The position numbers and the translations under genes were made by a program. This document shows, piece after piece, positions 50,564 through 59,748 of a stretch of DNA of 64,000 nt; positions within the stretch are counted from its first letter, which is position 1; the number at the start of each line of letters is the position of its first letter. The stretch spans positions 5,088,001-5,152,000 of the forward strand of contig OZ244937.1 in NCBI GenBank assembly GCA_965222075.1, in the 5' to 3' direction. The notes under the pieces are model-generated. The model saw only the letters and a list, made by a program, of their open reading frames with translations, searched no databases and was not told where the DNA came from. This DNA is from Candidatus Latescibacterota bacterium. Its GTDB lineage: Bacteria > Latescibacterota > UBA2968 > GCA-2709665.

Positions 50564-50623
50564 TCATGGTGTTGGGTAGGGAGACGGAGAGGCTGTTAAA
50601 TCAAATCATAACAGGAGTCTAAG

Positions 50624-51106
50624 ATGAAACTGAAAAAATTGTTCAAGAATTTCAACTTGGAAAAAATAAAATTTGGTCCAAGTGTAGCAGCAGCGGAGAT
50701 AGCCTTCAAGCCGGCTGACAAAAATGCCGCTTGGGAGTTGTATATCGAGATGTTGACCCGGATCGTCACTCAACCCCTGCCTTCTGCAGCGGGGGACGAA
50801 AAGACGGCTCTGGACAGCATTTATGCACTTTTCGGAATTACCCGCGAGATTCTGCGTCGACATGGGCGTGGTACAATACAGTTCAGCAAGGTTGCGATAC
50901 CAGTGCTGAACCAAGTGGTGCGGCCTTTTACCGCAAAGTGGCACAAGGAGAGTATAGCAGGAGCTTTTGATTGCGAAAGCAAACGAAAGGAATTTCGTGG
51001 AGAACTGGAAATCCTGCAAAGTGAATTGCGAAACTATAATTCCATGTTGGCGAGTATTGCCAGCGTGGAAGATTTGACTAATTTAGAACGAACAGCACCC
51101 GAGTAA
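50624..51106 (+). CDS. Uncharacterised helical protein leading the TIR operon
   Basis: AGGAG RBS; AAWELYIEMLTR, NQVVRPFTAKWH; lower GC like the downstream genes. Confidence 0.75.
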   Translation: MKLKKLFKNFNLEKIKFGPSVAAAEIAFKPADKNAAWELYIEMLTRIVTQPLPSAAGDEKTALDSIYALFGITREILRRHGRGTIQFSKVAIPVLNQVVRPFTAKWHKESIAGAFDCESKRKEFRGELEILQSELRNYNSMLASIASVEDLTNLERTAPE

Positions 51107-51137
51107 GGTAAATGGGTCAGGAAAGGAGCCCAACGTC

Positions 51138-51617
51138 ATGGCTGATGAAACGAAAAACATCTTCATAAGTCACATCCATGAAGATGATAAAGGCCTCGGC
51201 AAGCTCAAGAGTCTGCTGAAGGACAACGGGATGACCATCCGGGACTATTCAATCAACGCGGATAATCCCAACAACGCCCATTCAGAAAGCTACATCAAGT
51301 CCGAGATTCTTGCACCGCGCATTCGACAATCAAGTACGTTGGCTGTTTATATTTCGCCCGAAACTAAAGGCAGCCAGTGGGTGGACTGGGAGATTGAGTA
51401 TGCCCATAAACAAGACAAACGAATTGTAGGAGTTTGGGCGCATGGAGAAAGCGGGTGCGAAGTCCCGGAAGCATTGGATAACTACGCCGACGCTGTAGTT
51501 GGTTGGACGGGTAATCGCATCATTGACGCGATAAACGGAAAAATCGATGGTTGGGAAAATCCGGACGGTACAAAAAGCACGCCGCGAGGAGACATCAGCC
51601 GGTATAGCTGTCGTTAG
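51138..51617 (+). CDS. TIR-like domain protein (DUF1863/ThsB-like)
   Basis: NIFISH, SQWVDWEIEYA with putative catalytic Glu, KRIVGV. Confidence 0.88.
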   Translation: MADETKNIFISHIHEDDKGLGKLKSLLKDNGMTIRDYSINADNPNNAHSESYIKSEILAPRIRQSSTLAVYISPETKGSQWVDWEIEYAHKQDKRIVGVWAHGESGCEVPEALDNYADAVVGWTGNRIIDAINGKIDGWENPDGTKSTPRGDISRYSCR

Positions 51618-51627
51618 AAACGTCAAT

Positions 51628-52236
51628 ATGAAACTATTCTCCTATGTCGTCGCTCGTGACTATGGTTTTGCGCCCAACCCTTTTTTTGGAATATGTACAT
51701 TAGCCACCTGCAAACCAAGAGTTCGGAAGGCAGCCTCCATAGGAGACTGGATTATCGGCACGGGCAGCAGCCAAAATGACAGACGAGGCTATCTTGTTTA
51801 TGCCATGTGCGTAACGGAAACAATGACATTTAATGAGTATTGGGAAGACGAGCGGTTCCAAAGGAAAAAGCCGAACATGAGGGGAAGCATGAAGCAGGCA
51901 TTCGGCGACAACATCTACTTTCAGAATGATGCTGGTCAGTGGCAGCAGCAGGATTCTCATCACAGTTATGAGGACGGTTCGCCCAACCCGTACAATATTT
52001 GCCACGATACACAGACGGACAGAGTCCTGCTCAGCAAGGACTACGTATATTGGGGTGGCCCAGGACCTGAAATTCCTACAAGGTTCAGAGACTACGAGGG
52101 ATGCGATATTTGCGCTAAGCGCAACCACAAATGCCGGTTTCCACAAGGATTGGTCAGGGAATTTGCTACGTGGTTGCGGTCTTTGGACGCGAGGGGTTAT
52201 CTTGGAAAACCTTTAGGTTGGAGCAAAACACCATGA
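51628..52236 (+). CDS. Nucleotide modification associated domain 2 (Nmad2)-like protein
   Basis: SYVVARDYGFAPNPFFGICTLATCKP, GDWIIG, GDNIY. Confidence 0.8.
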   Translation: MKLFSYVVARDYGFAPNPFFGICTLATCKPRVRKAASIGDWIIGTGSSQNDRRGYLVYAMCVTETMTFNEYWEDERFQRKKPNMRGSMKQAFGDNIYFQNDAGQWQQQDSHHSYEDGSPNPYNICHDTQTDRVLLSKDYVYWGGPGPEIPTRFRDYEGCDICAKRNHKCRFPQGLVREFATWLRSLDARGYLGKPLGWSKTP

Positions 52237-53408
52237 CCAGGAGTCTGTCATCCATGGATCGGCGAAACAAAGCGACTTCTGAGGGCACAATTCTCCTGCG
52301 CGATTACATGCGAGAAATCGAGCCCACCGATAAACTTCCTCAGGACAATCTGCAACCGGTTTTGATGGGGCTGTTTGGCGAGGTTGGCAGTATCATGGCA
52401 ACCGCTAAGAAGCACCTCCGGGAAAAAACAGCATATACTGGATACCAGCAGGTGGTGGAGGAAGAATTCGGCGATGCGCTTTGGTACTTCACTACATTGT
52501 GCCGGCGTCTTGGCATTGGCGTTGACACCATCCTCTCCAAAGCGGTGAATCAAGACAAATACAGCAAGAGCATCGCTGCAAGCGACCTTCTGGACAGCCC
52601 GGTTTCTCATATCTCGTCGGTCAGTGCATTGCCTGATCTTGATAAGACACTCCTGAATCTGGGACAGGCTACGGCGGCATTGCTTGGCATCAAGAGCTTG
52701 GATGAACAGACTCACGATTTGCTACAAACTTTCTCGGATCGCTACTTGCAGGCACTTCAAGCGGCAAACGTAAGTTTTTCAAAGATTGCTCATATGAACA
52801 TAGAGAAAACGTGTGGACGTTTTCTTGAACCCAATGCGTCAGAGTTACCAACGTTCGACGACAAATTCCCGGATGAGGAACGGCTTCCCCGGCATTTCGA
52901 GATCAAAGTCACGCAACGAAAAAACGGGCAAAGTTATCTGCAATGGAATGGTGTATTTATCGGCGACCCGCTCACGGATAATATCCTTGACCCGGATGGC
53001 TACCGATTCCATGATGTGTTTCATTTTACACATGCTGCCATTCTTCACTGGTCTCCTACCTTTCGCGCCTTGATAAAGCATAAACGCAAGAGTGATCCGA
53101 AGTTGGATGAGGCTGAGGATGGTGGCAGAGCGAAAGTCGTTGAGGAAGGACTTACCGCGTGGATATTTTCATGCGCCAAACATCTCAATTTCTTTCAGGG
53201 GCAGAATAGCGTCTCCTTTGACTTGCTAAAGACCGTGCAGCAGTTCGTGCAGGGATACGAAGTGGAAAAATGTCCTCTTAAGCTATGGGAACGGGCTATA
53301 CTGAAAGGATATGAGGTTTTCAGACTGGTACGGGATAACAACGGTGGGATCGTGATTGGAAATCGCGAGACTCGTACCATCGAGTACAAGTCAATTGATG
53401 GAGAATAG
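52233..53408 (+). CDS. MazG-family nucleotide pyrophosphohydrolase with MazG_C domain
   Basis: GLFGEVGS...EEEFGDALWY MazG motif; C-terminal DGYRFHDVFH motif; ATGA-coupled to the Nmad2 gene. Confidence 0.85.
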   Translation: MTRSLSSMDRRNKATSEGTILLRDYMREIEPTDKLPQDNLQPVLMGLFGEVGSIMATAKKHLREKTAYTGYQQVVEEEFGDALWYFTTLCRRLGIGVDTILSKAVNQDKYSKSIAASDLLDSPVSHISSVSALPDLDKTLLNLGQATAALLGIKSLDEQTHDLLQTFSDRYLQALQAANVSFSKIAHMNIEKTCGRFLEPNASELPTFDDKFPDEERLPRHFEIKVTQRKNGQSYLQWNGVFIGDPLTDNILDPDGYRFHDVFHFTHAAILHWSPTFRALIKHKRKSDPKLDEAEDGGRAKVVEEGLTAWIFSCAKHLNFFQGQNSVSFDLLKTVQQFVQGYEVEKCPLKLWERAILKGYEVFRLVRDNNGGIVIGNRETRTIEYKSIDGE

Positions 53409-53411
53409 CGC

Positions 53412-54116
53412 ATGAAACTGGTGCAGTTTGTGGAAGCATTGAAGGCACTGGATTTTGAGAATACGTTTAACCCTTACTCACATCGGTGTGCTGTTCACGA
53501 TCTGAATGACGCTCCAGGACGCCGCTTAAAAACGTTGCAGTCTATGCTTGAAGTGGCAACAGAACGGGAAATTGATTCTATATGGATTGGACGTGATCTT
53601 GGCTATCGTGGCGGTAGGCGAACAGGGCTTGCCTTAACAGACGATGTACATATTTGCGAATACGCCGCACGATGGGGATTATCTATTCAGAGGCCAACGA
53701 AAGGCGACATAGCTGCCGAGCGGACCGCTGCTGTCATTTGGAGCGTTCTCTCACAAGTTGAGGTATCCGTTTTTCTCTGGAATGTCTTCCCATTACACCC
53801 TCACGAACCCGGTAATCCTTTCAGCAATCGATCTCATAATTCTTTTGAGCGCAAGACTGGAGAGAAGTTTCTTTCTCAACTCATCCTCCTTCTAAAGCCG
53901 TGCCGTCTGATTGCAATCGGCAATGATGCGGCACGAGCAGCACATCGCTTAAGCGGTCAGCACACAGTTATTCAAGTACGGCACCCTAGCTATGGTGGGA
54001 AGGCACAATTTTTAGCGCAAATGTGCGAGTTGTACAATCTGCAATCAGGGCTTTTTCAAGCCTCGCGATACCCTGCTCAGTCGACTCTTCCTCGGATATT
54101 GAGAAGAGGAACATGA
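53412..54116 (+). CDS. Uracil-DNA glycosylase superfamily protein
   Basis: GYRGGRRTGLALTD, ERTA, WNVFPLHPH, IAIGN, RHPSYGG. Confidence 0.8.
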   Translation: MKLVQFVEALKALDFENTFNPYSHRCAVHDLNDAPGRRLKTLQSMLEVATEREIDSIWIGRDLGYRGGRRTGLALTDDVHICEYAARWGLSIQRPTKGDIAAERTAAVIWSVLSQVEVSVFLWNVFPLHPHEPGNPFSNRSHNSFERKTGEKFLSQLILLLKPCRLIAIGNDAARAAHRLSGQHTVIQVRHPSYGGKAQFLAQMCELYNLQSGLFQASRYPAQSTLPRILRRGT

Positions 54117-54161
54117 AGGGTTCCCGCCGTATATACGTCCCTTGAAGACCACAGCTCGCTA

Positions 54162-54315
54162 CCTGATGAGGATTGCCTGATGAGGATTGCCTGATGAGGA
54201 TTGCCTGATGAGGATTGCCTGATGAGGATTGCCTGATGAGGATTGCCTGATGAGGATTGCCTGATGAGGATTGCCTGATGAGGATTGCCTGATGAGGATT
54301 GCCTGATGAGGATTG
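54162..54315. repeat. Perfect tandem repeat (CCTGATGAGGATTG) x11
   Basis: Eleven identical 14-bp units with no spacers, intergenic. Confidence 0.97.
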
Positions 54316-54723
54316 CATACATAAACAGGACAAGGTATCTGGAATGAAGTTTCAAAAATACAGTCTTGGGCACCAAACACGAGGCACGGTTGTTGAAGTA
54401 ACATTATCTGGAAGTGCAGCCAATGTGCGCTTACTTGACAGCGCAAACTTTCAGAATTATCGTGCCGGACGCCGACATCAATACCACGGCGGTCTAATTA
54501 CCAAGTCCCCTGTGCGCTTGACAATTCCCCGCACAGGCACTTGGTATGTAACTGTTGACCTTCAAGGGCTACGAGGCCAAGTGCGTTCCTCAATTCGCGT
54601 AATTCCTCACACGGCTATGACTCCACTTCCAGAATATTCACCACCGCCACTCGCACATCTGGTCAGACCCATAGGCTCTACTAATTTCTCAACGGCACAG
54701 TCTGTCGTTTCTGAACAATCTAA

Positions 54724-55652
54724 GAAGCTGTTTTAAAAAGGTAGAGGCGTAAAGAAAAAAGTTGAAATTGCGTATTCATCTATCCAAATTCAGGTTGTCC
54801 CAAACCACCTGAAACGAAAGGATAAAGATGAATACGCAGAGGCAATATCCAACAAATTTGACCGAAACACAATGGCAACTTCTCCTCACGCTGCTGCCCA
54901 AACCCAAATGGCGTTTCGGCTGTCCTGGTCGCCCACCGGTAAATCTACGCCAGGTGTTCAACGGCATTCTGTATCTGACCAAGACAGGGTGCCAATGGCG
55001 CATGCTGCCCAAAGCTTTTGGATGCTGGCAAACCGTGTATGGGTATTTCAACAGATGGAGCCAACAAGGCATCTTCCAAAAGATCCAACAGGCACTCTAC
55101 AGAAGGGAGCGACGCAGTCAGGGTCGCAAGCCCACCGCTTCAGCAGGCAGTATAGACTCTCAAAGTATTAAGACAGCAACACAAGGGAAAATAAAAGGTT
55201 ACGATGCTGGCAAGAAAGTCAATGGCCGCAAGCGTCATCTCCTTGTAGATACCCTCGGCCTGCCAATCTGTGTGTTTGTCTCTGCTGCTGACTTGGCTGA
55301 TCGGGACGGACTGATGGAGCTACTCAAACGCTATTTTGCTGCTGGCCTGCGGCGTCTTCGCAAGCTATGGGTCGATGGGGGATATCGCGGTGACGCTTTG
55401 AAGACGTGGGTTTCAAGTTTGAAGCAGACTCACAAAATTGACTTGGAAGTCGTCCAACGAGAAAGCAAGGGGTTTGAAGTGATGAAATGGCGCTGGGTGG
55501 TTGAGCGCACTTTTGCTTGGCTGTTGAATTTCCGGCGTCTTTCCAAGGATTATGAAGTCTTGACACAAAATAGTGAAGCGCTCATTTACATTGCGATGAT
55601 TCACCTTTTGATCAAGAGACTCGCTCCCAAATCTGAATTTTAAAACGGCTTC
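54724..55652 (+). mobile_element. IS5-family insertion sequence
   Basis: Terminal IRs GAAGCTGTTTTAAAA / TTTTAAAACGGCTTC (14/15), TAA target duplication at 54721-54723 and 55653-55655. Confidence 0.93.
54828..55643 (+). CDS. IS5 family transposase
   Basis: YPTNLTETQW, TGCQWRMLP, IDSQS, GRKRHLLVDTLG, DGGY, RWVVERTFAWL. Confidence 0.95.
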   Translation: MNTQRQYPTNLTETQWQLLLTLLPKPKWRFGCPGRPPVNLRQVFNGILYLTKTGCQWRMLPKAFGCWQTVYGYFNRWSQQGIFQKIQQALYRRERRSQGRKPTASAGSIDSQSIKTATQGKIKGYDAGKKVNGRKRHLLVDTLGLPICVFVSAADLADRDGLMELLKRYFAAGLRRLRKLWVDGGYRGDALKTWVSSLKQTHKIDLEVVQRESKGFEVMKWRWVVERTFAWLLNFRRLSKDYEVLTQNSEALIYIAMIHLLIKRLAPKSEF

Positions 55653-56091
55653 TAAGGATTATGACGTTTTCATCTGTCATGCTACAGAAGACAAAGATGA
55701 CATCGTACGTCCGTTAGCGGAAACACTGGATTCAGAAGGTCTCCGGGTATGGTACGACGAATTTGAGCTTCGTATTGGTGATAGCCTACGCCGGAAAATT
55801 GACAGGGGCATAGCACGAAGCCGATTTGGTGTAGTTGTAATTTCTCATGCTTTCTTCGCGAAAGACTGGCCTCAGTACGAATTGGACGGGCTCGTAACAC
55901 GAGAGATGACCGGTGAACAAATAATTCTTCCGCTCTGGCACCGTATCAGCAAGGATGAGATTATAAAGCAAAGTCCCTCGCTCGCAGACAAGGTGGCTCG
56001 TAGTACTTCCGATTTCACAATCGATGAGATCGCACGCGAAATTGCCGATGTCATAAAAAGAGAGAGCCCAGAATCATAGGCTGAGGACTCA

Positions 56092-57429
56092 ATGGCCCCA
56101 AACCTCAAACCCTACTCCTCCTACAAGCCCTCAGGTATTCCCTGGCTGGGCGACATCCCGGCGCATTGGGAGGTTACAGCTGTAAAAAAACGTTACGCCA
56201 TTCAGCTTGGGAAAATGCTACAAAATAGACCGAACAACCCTGATGATGTCGAAGTCCCATATCTAAAAGCGCAACACGTCCAGTGGTTTCATGTTCGGAC
56301 AATAGACGCACCTAAAATGTGGGCGAGTCAGAACGATACAGATCAGTTCGGAATAGCACCGGGTGATCTCCTCGTATGCGAAGGTGGAGAAGGAGGGCGT
56401 TGCGGGATATTGAAGCAGAAGGTCAGTGGCTACATTATCCAAAATGCGTTGCACCGAGTTCGACCACGTGACCAAAGTCGCAACGATTTTTTGCAGTATG
56501 TGATGAGTGCTATTGCGGCGACTGGCTGGTTTGATGCCCTCAACGATAAGGCTACAATTGCCCACTTTACTAAAGAGAAATTTGGCGCACTTAGGGTACC
56601 CTTCCCACCCCTCTCCGAACAAACCGCCATCGTCCGCTATCTCGCCCACGCCGACGAACGCATCCGCCGCTACGTCAGCGGCAAGCAGAAGCTCATCCGG
56701 CTACTGGAGGAAGAGAAGCAGGCCGTCATCCACCGCGCCGTCACCCGCGGCCTCGACCCCAACGTCCGCCTCAAGCCCTCCGGCGTGGAGGGACTCGGTG
56801 ATGTTCCGGCGCATTGGGAGGTGGGACCAGTCAAACGGGCCTTCCTGTCAATGGATTATGGGATATCGGAATCCGCGTCTGATTCAGGTACGATCCGCCT
56901 CCTAACTATGGCTCACTTGAACAATGGGCAGGTAACAGTACCCCCTACCGGCGGAGTTGATTCCGTTAACCCCTATCTCCTGTTACAAAAGGATGACTTG
57001 CTGTTTAACCGGACCAACAGCCAAGAGCTTGTTGGTAAGGTCGGCCTGTTTACTGGACATGATTCTCCAGTGACTTTCGCTTCTTATCTCGTGCGAATGC
57101 GCCCTTGTCCGAACCACGACCCCGTGTATTTGAACATGGCTCTCAACGATACGTCCTTCATTTCACGGGCTCGCAGAGAAGCTATACCAAGCTTGCACCA
57201 ATCCAATCTCAATCCCACAAGGTACGGGCGACTTCATATTGTTTTACCGCCGAGGCAAGAGCAACAGACGATTCTTCGCGTCCTGCGAAATGAAACTCGG
57301 AGTCTCAGAGACGCCATCAGCCGCACCCGCCGCCAAATTGAGCTGCTCCAGGAATACCGCACCCGCCTGATCGCCGATGTGGTGACAGGTCAGGTGGACG
57401 TGCGGGCGGCGGGCGGTCAGGTGCCATGA
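56092..57429 (+). CDS. hsdS: Type I restriction-modification specificity subunit
   Basis: YKPSGIPWLGDIPAHWEV, two TRDs, PPLSEQ, AVTRGLDPNV, LQEYRTRLIADVVTG. Confidence 0.95.
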   Translation: MAPNLKPYSSYKPSGIPWLGDIPAHWEVTAVKKRYAIQLGKMLQNRPNNPDDVEVPYLKAQHVQWFHVRTIDAPKMWASQNDTDQFGIAPGDLLVCEGGEGGRCGILKQKVSGYIIQNALHRVRPRDQSRNDFLQYVMSAIAATGWFDALNDKATIAHFTKEKFGALRVPFPPLSEQTAIVRYLAHADERIRRYVSGKQKLIRLLEEEKQAVIHRAVTRGLDPNVRLKPSGVEGLGDVPAHWEVGPVKRAFLSMDYGISESASDSGTIRLLTMAHLNNGQVTVPPTGGVDSVNPYLLLQKDDLLFNRTNSQELVGKVGLFTGHDSPVTFASYLVRMRPCPNHDPVYLNMALNDTSFISRARREAIPSLHQSNLNPTRYGRLHIVLPPRQEQQTILRVLRNETRSLRDAISRTRRQIELLQEYRTRLIADVVTGQVDVRAAGGQVP

Positions 57430-57490
57430 CGTTGAACATCAGTCGCCACATCCATATACTGTGAATCACAGCATCTGTGAGGATATGAAC

Positions 57491-57781
57491 ATGAAGAACA
57501 TTACCGTATCTGTGGACGAAGAAACCCATCGGCTCGCCCGCATCCGGGCGGCGGAGTTGGGCATATCGGTGTCGGCGCTGGTCCGGGGCTACCTTAAAAC
57601 CCTCGTTCGCCAGCAAGCCGACGGGCCCAGGGCCAATGAACAAGGCGTAGAGACCGAGTCCGAACGGCGGCGCAGGCTGTTGAACGAGGTGTTCGCAGAC
57701 TTTGATGCACGAGGCGTGGGATTGCGTATGGTCGACAATCTCCCCCGTGAAGCTCTGTACGACCGCGATGCGCTTCGTTGA
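57491..57781 (+). CDS. Ribbon-helix-helix antitoxin (VapB-like)
   Basis: MKNITVSVDEE..RLARIRAAE.G.SVSALVR; C-terminal REALYDR. Confidence 0.8.
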   Translation: MKNITVSVDEETHRLARIRAAELGISVSALVRGYLKTLVRQQADGPRANEQGVETESERRRRLLNEVFADFDARGVGLRMVDNLPREALYDRDALR

Positions 57782-57838
57782 TACCAACGTGCTGCTCTAT
57801 GCAGTGAGCGTTTTGTCAGGGGATGCCGACAAGCGGCG
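57768..57838 (+). pseudogene. PIN toxin N-terminal fragment
   Basis: MRFVDTNVLLYA, cut off where the hsdS-tail repeat begins. Confidence 0.8.
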
Positions 57839-58008
57839 ACCGCACCCGTCTCATCGCCGATGTGGTGACAGGTCAGGTGGATGTGTGGGCGGCGGCGCGG
57901 TTGCCTGAGGGGACCGATGAGCCGGAGTCCTGCGACTATGGGAACGCCCTGACCGGTGGGGAGGACATGGGCAATGGTTTCGGCATTGCGCCGGAGGTCA
58001 CAGCATGA
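57839..58008 (+). repeat. hsdS 3'-end copy 2 with acidic tail
   Basis: 57839-57895 matches 57356-57412 at 53/57; continues AAARLPE...EVTA* and overlaps the next ATG. Confidence 0.9.
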
Positions 58009-59471
58009 CTACCAATAGAAGCCAAGACTACCTTGTCGGCTTGGTACGTGAGCTATGCAACCTGCCACATGAGACCGAATGGGTCGAGTTCAAAGTCAAC
58101 CACCGCGCTCCGCAAACCGTCGGGGAGTACGTCTCAGCGCTTTCCAACGCAGCAGCCCTGCACGACAAGATTCACGCATATATCCTGTGGGGCATCGAGA
58201 ACGAAACGCACGCCGTTGTTGGGACAGACTTCTCGCCAGCTATCGCGAGGAAGGGGAACGAACCACTCGAGACCTGGCTGCTTGGGCTTCTAAGGCCGCG
58301 CATCGACTTCCAGTTTCACGAAGTCGTGATTGGTGGGAAGCGGGTCGTAATTATGGAGATTAATCGTGCGTCCCAGCACCCGGTCGCGTTCGAGGGCGTC
58401 GAATTCATCCGAGTAGGCAGCACCAGGAGAAAGCTCAAAGACTATCAGGAGAAGGAACGAGCACTTTGGCACGTGTTCGACCGGGTGAGCTTCGAAGACG
58501 GTATTGCCGCCGAACGAGTGCGTGGCGAGGATGTTCTGTTAAAGCTCGACTACCCAGCGTACTTCGACTTGCTTGAAATGCCGCTCCCTGACGGTCGTGA
58601 CGCCATCCTCCACGCATTGCAGAGCGACCGGCTCATCGCTCCCAGCGAGGCGGGTGGCTTCGACATCACGAACCTGGGTGCCATCCTGTTTGCCAAGAAC
58701 CTCGGCGACTTTGCGCAGCTCAAGCGCAAAGCTATGCGCGTCATACAGTACCGTGGCACAAGCCGCATCGAAACTTTGAGGGAGCAGGAAGGCGTGTGGG
58801 GCTATGCGGTTGGATTCAAAGGAATTATCGACTATATCATGACGCTCGTGCCCTCGAATGAAGCAATCGAACAGGCCTTGCGCAGGACAGTGCCAATGTT
58901 CCCTGAGTTGGCCGTGCGTGAGTTGGTGGCAAACGCTCTCATCCATCAGGACTTCCTCATCACTGGTGCCGGGCCGATGGTGGAGATTTTTGAGAACCGC
59001 ATCGAGATCACGAACCCTGGGGAGCCGCTGGTGGACACGCAGCGCTTTCTCGACAGCCCACCCAAATCCCGAAACGAGGCGCTCGCCTCGCTGATGCGAC
59101 GCTTCGGTATCTGTGAGGAACGAGGCAGCGGAATCGACAAGGTCGTTTCTGAGGTAGAGATATTCCACTTGCCTGCGCCGCTTTTCGAGGTTCCGCCCGG
59201 TTCTACTCGTTCTGTCCTTTTCGCCCACAAGACGTTGGCCGACATGGACGGAGCGGAGCGGTTACGGGCCTGTTACTTTCACGCGTGTCTGAAGTATGTA
59301 ATGCGAGATTTCCTGACCAACGCATCACTTCGAGAAAGGTTCGGCATCAAGCAGAACAACAAGGCGGTCGCCTCTCGCCGCATTCGTGAGGCCGTGGACG
59401 CTGGCATGATCAAGCCGTTTGACGAGAATGCCGCCCGAAGATTGATGAAATACGTCCCATACTGGGCCTGA
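58005..59471 (+). CDS. AlbA_2 (Schlafen-like) + HATPase_c_4 + wHTH protein
   Basis: ETEWVEFK, SALSN, RELVANALIH, ITNPG, SRNE.LA, EERGSG, C-terminal LTNASLRERF. Confidence 0.88.
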   Translation: MTTNRSQDYLVGLVRELCNLPHETEWVEFKVNHRAPQTVGEYVSALSNAAALHDKIHAYILWGIENETHAVVGTDFSPAIARKGNEPLETWLLGLLRPRIDFQFHEVVIGGKRVVIMEINRASQHPVAFEGVEFIRVGSTRRKLKDYQEKERALWHVFDRVSFEDGIAAERVRGEDVLLKLDYPAYFDLLEMPLPDGRDAILHALQSDRLIAPSEAGGFDITNLGAILFAKNLGDFAQLKRKAMRVIQYRGTSRIETLREQEGVWGYAVGFKGIIDYIMTLVPSNEAIEQALRRTVPMFPELAVRELVANALIHQDFLITGAGPMVEIFENRIEITNPGEPLVDTQRFLDSPPKSRNEALASLMRRFGICEERGSGIDKVVSEVEIFHLPAPLFEVPPGSTRSVLFAHKTLADMDGAERLRACYFHACLKYVMRDFLTNASLRERFGIKQNNKAVASRRIREAVDAGMIKPFDENAARRLMKYVPYWA

Positions 59472-59475
59472 CCTC

Positions 59476-59738
59476 GATTGGTGGGGATTGATCGACGGCC
59501 CGACGAGCGAGGCCCGACATCTCGGAAGCCGCCAAAGGCCAAGGATTGTATCAATTGATGGATAATTGATCGAATGGACCCGGAAATGGATGAATGGGCC
59601 GACATGTCATTCTTTTTCAATGGATTACGCCATAGAAAATCAATTGACGGGTAATTGATCGGGGAACACCGGACAGCCGTTGGAATTTCGTAAGCCATTA
59701 ATTTTGTTGTATTTGTGTAATTGACGGGTAATTGACTG
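59476..59738 (+). repeat. Four spaced boxes, consensus AATTGAyGGrTAATTGA
   Basis: Copies at about 59476 (degenerate), 59552, 59641 and 59718. Confidence 0.75.
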
Positions 59739-59748
59739 GAAACGCCTC

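Larger units (their letters stand above)
54344..56079 (+). pseudogene. DUF1883-TIR fusion gene interrupted by an IS5-family element
   Basis: 5' part ANVRLLD..NFQNYR.GR...PVRLTIP..G.W; removing the IS and one TAA restores SEQSK-DYDVFICHATEDK...VWYDEF...WPQYEL in frame. Confidence 0.9.

Noticed and set aside
51138-51617. Canonical Thoeris system
   Set aside because: No ThsA-type effector (SIR2-SLOG, TM-macro or caspase) lies nearby.
54162-54315. CRISPR array or hammerhead ribozyme (unit contains CTGATGA)
   Set aside because: The units are 14 bp with no spacers and no cas genes are present; there is no GAAA core or flanking helices for a hammerhead.
53986-54446. Minus-strand ORFs with QSSSGNPHQAILIR repeats
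   Set aside because: These are by-products of the stop-free reverse strand of the 14-bp repeat; all three frames give the same peptide.
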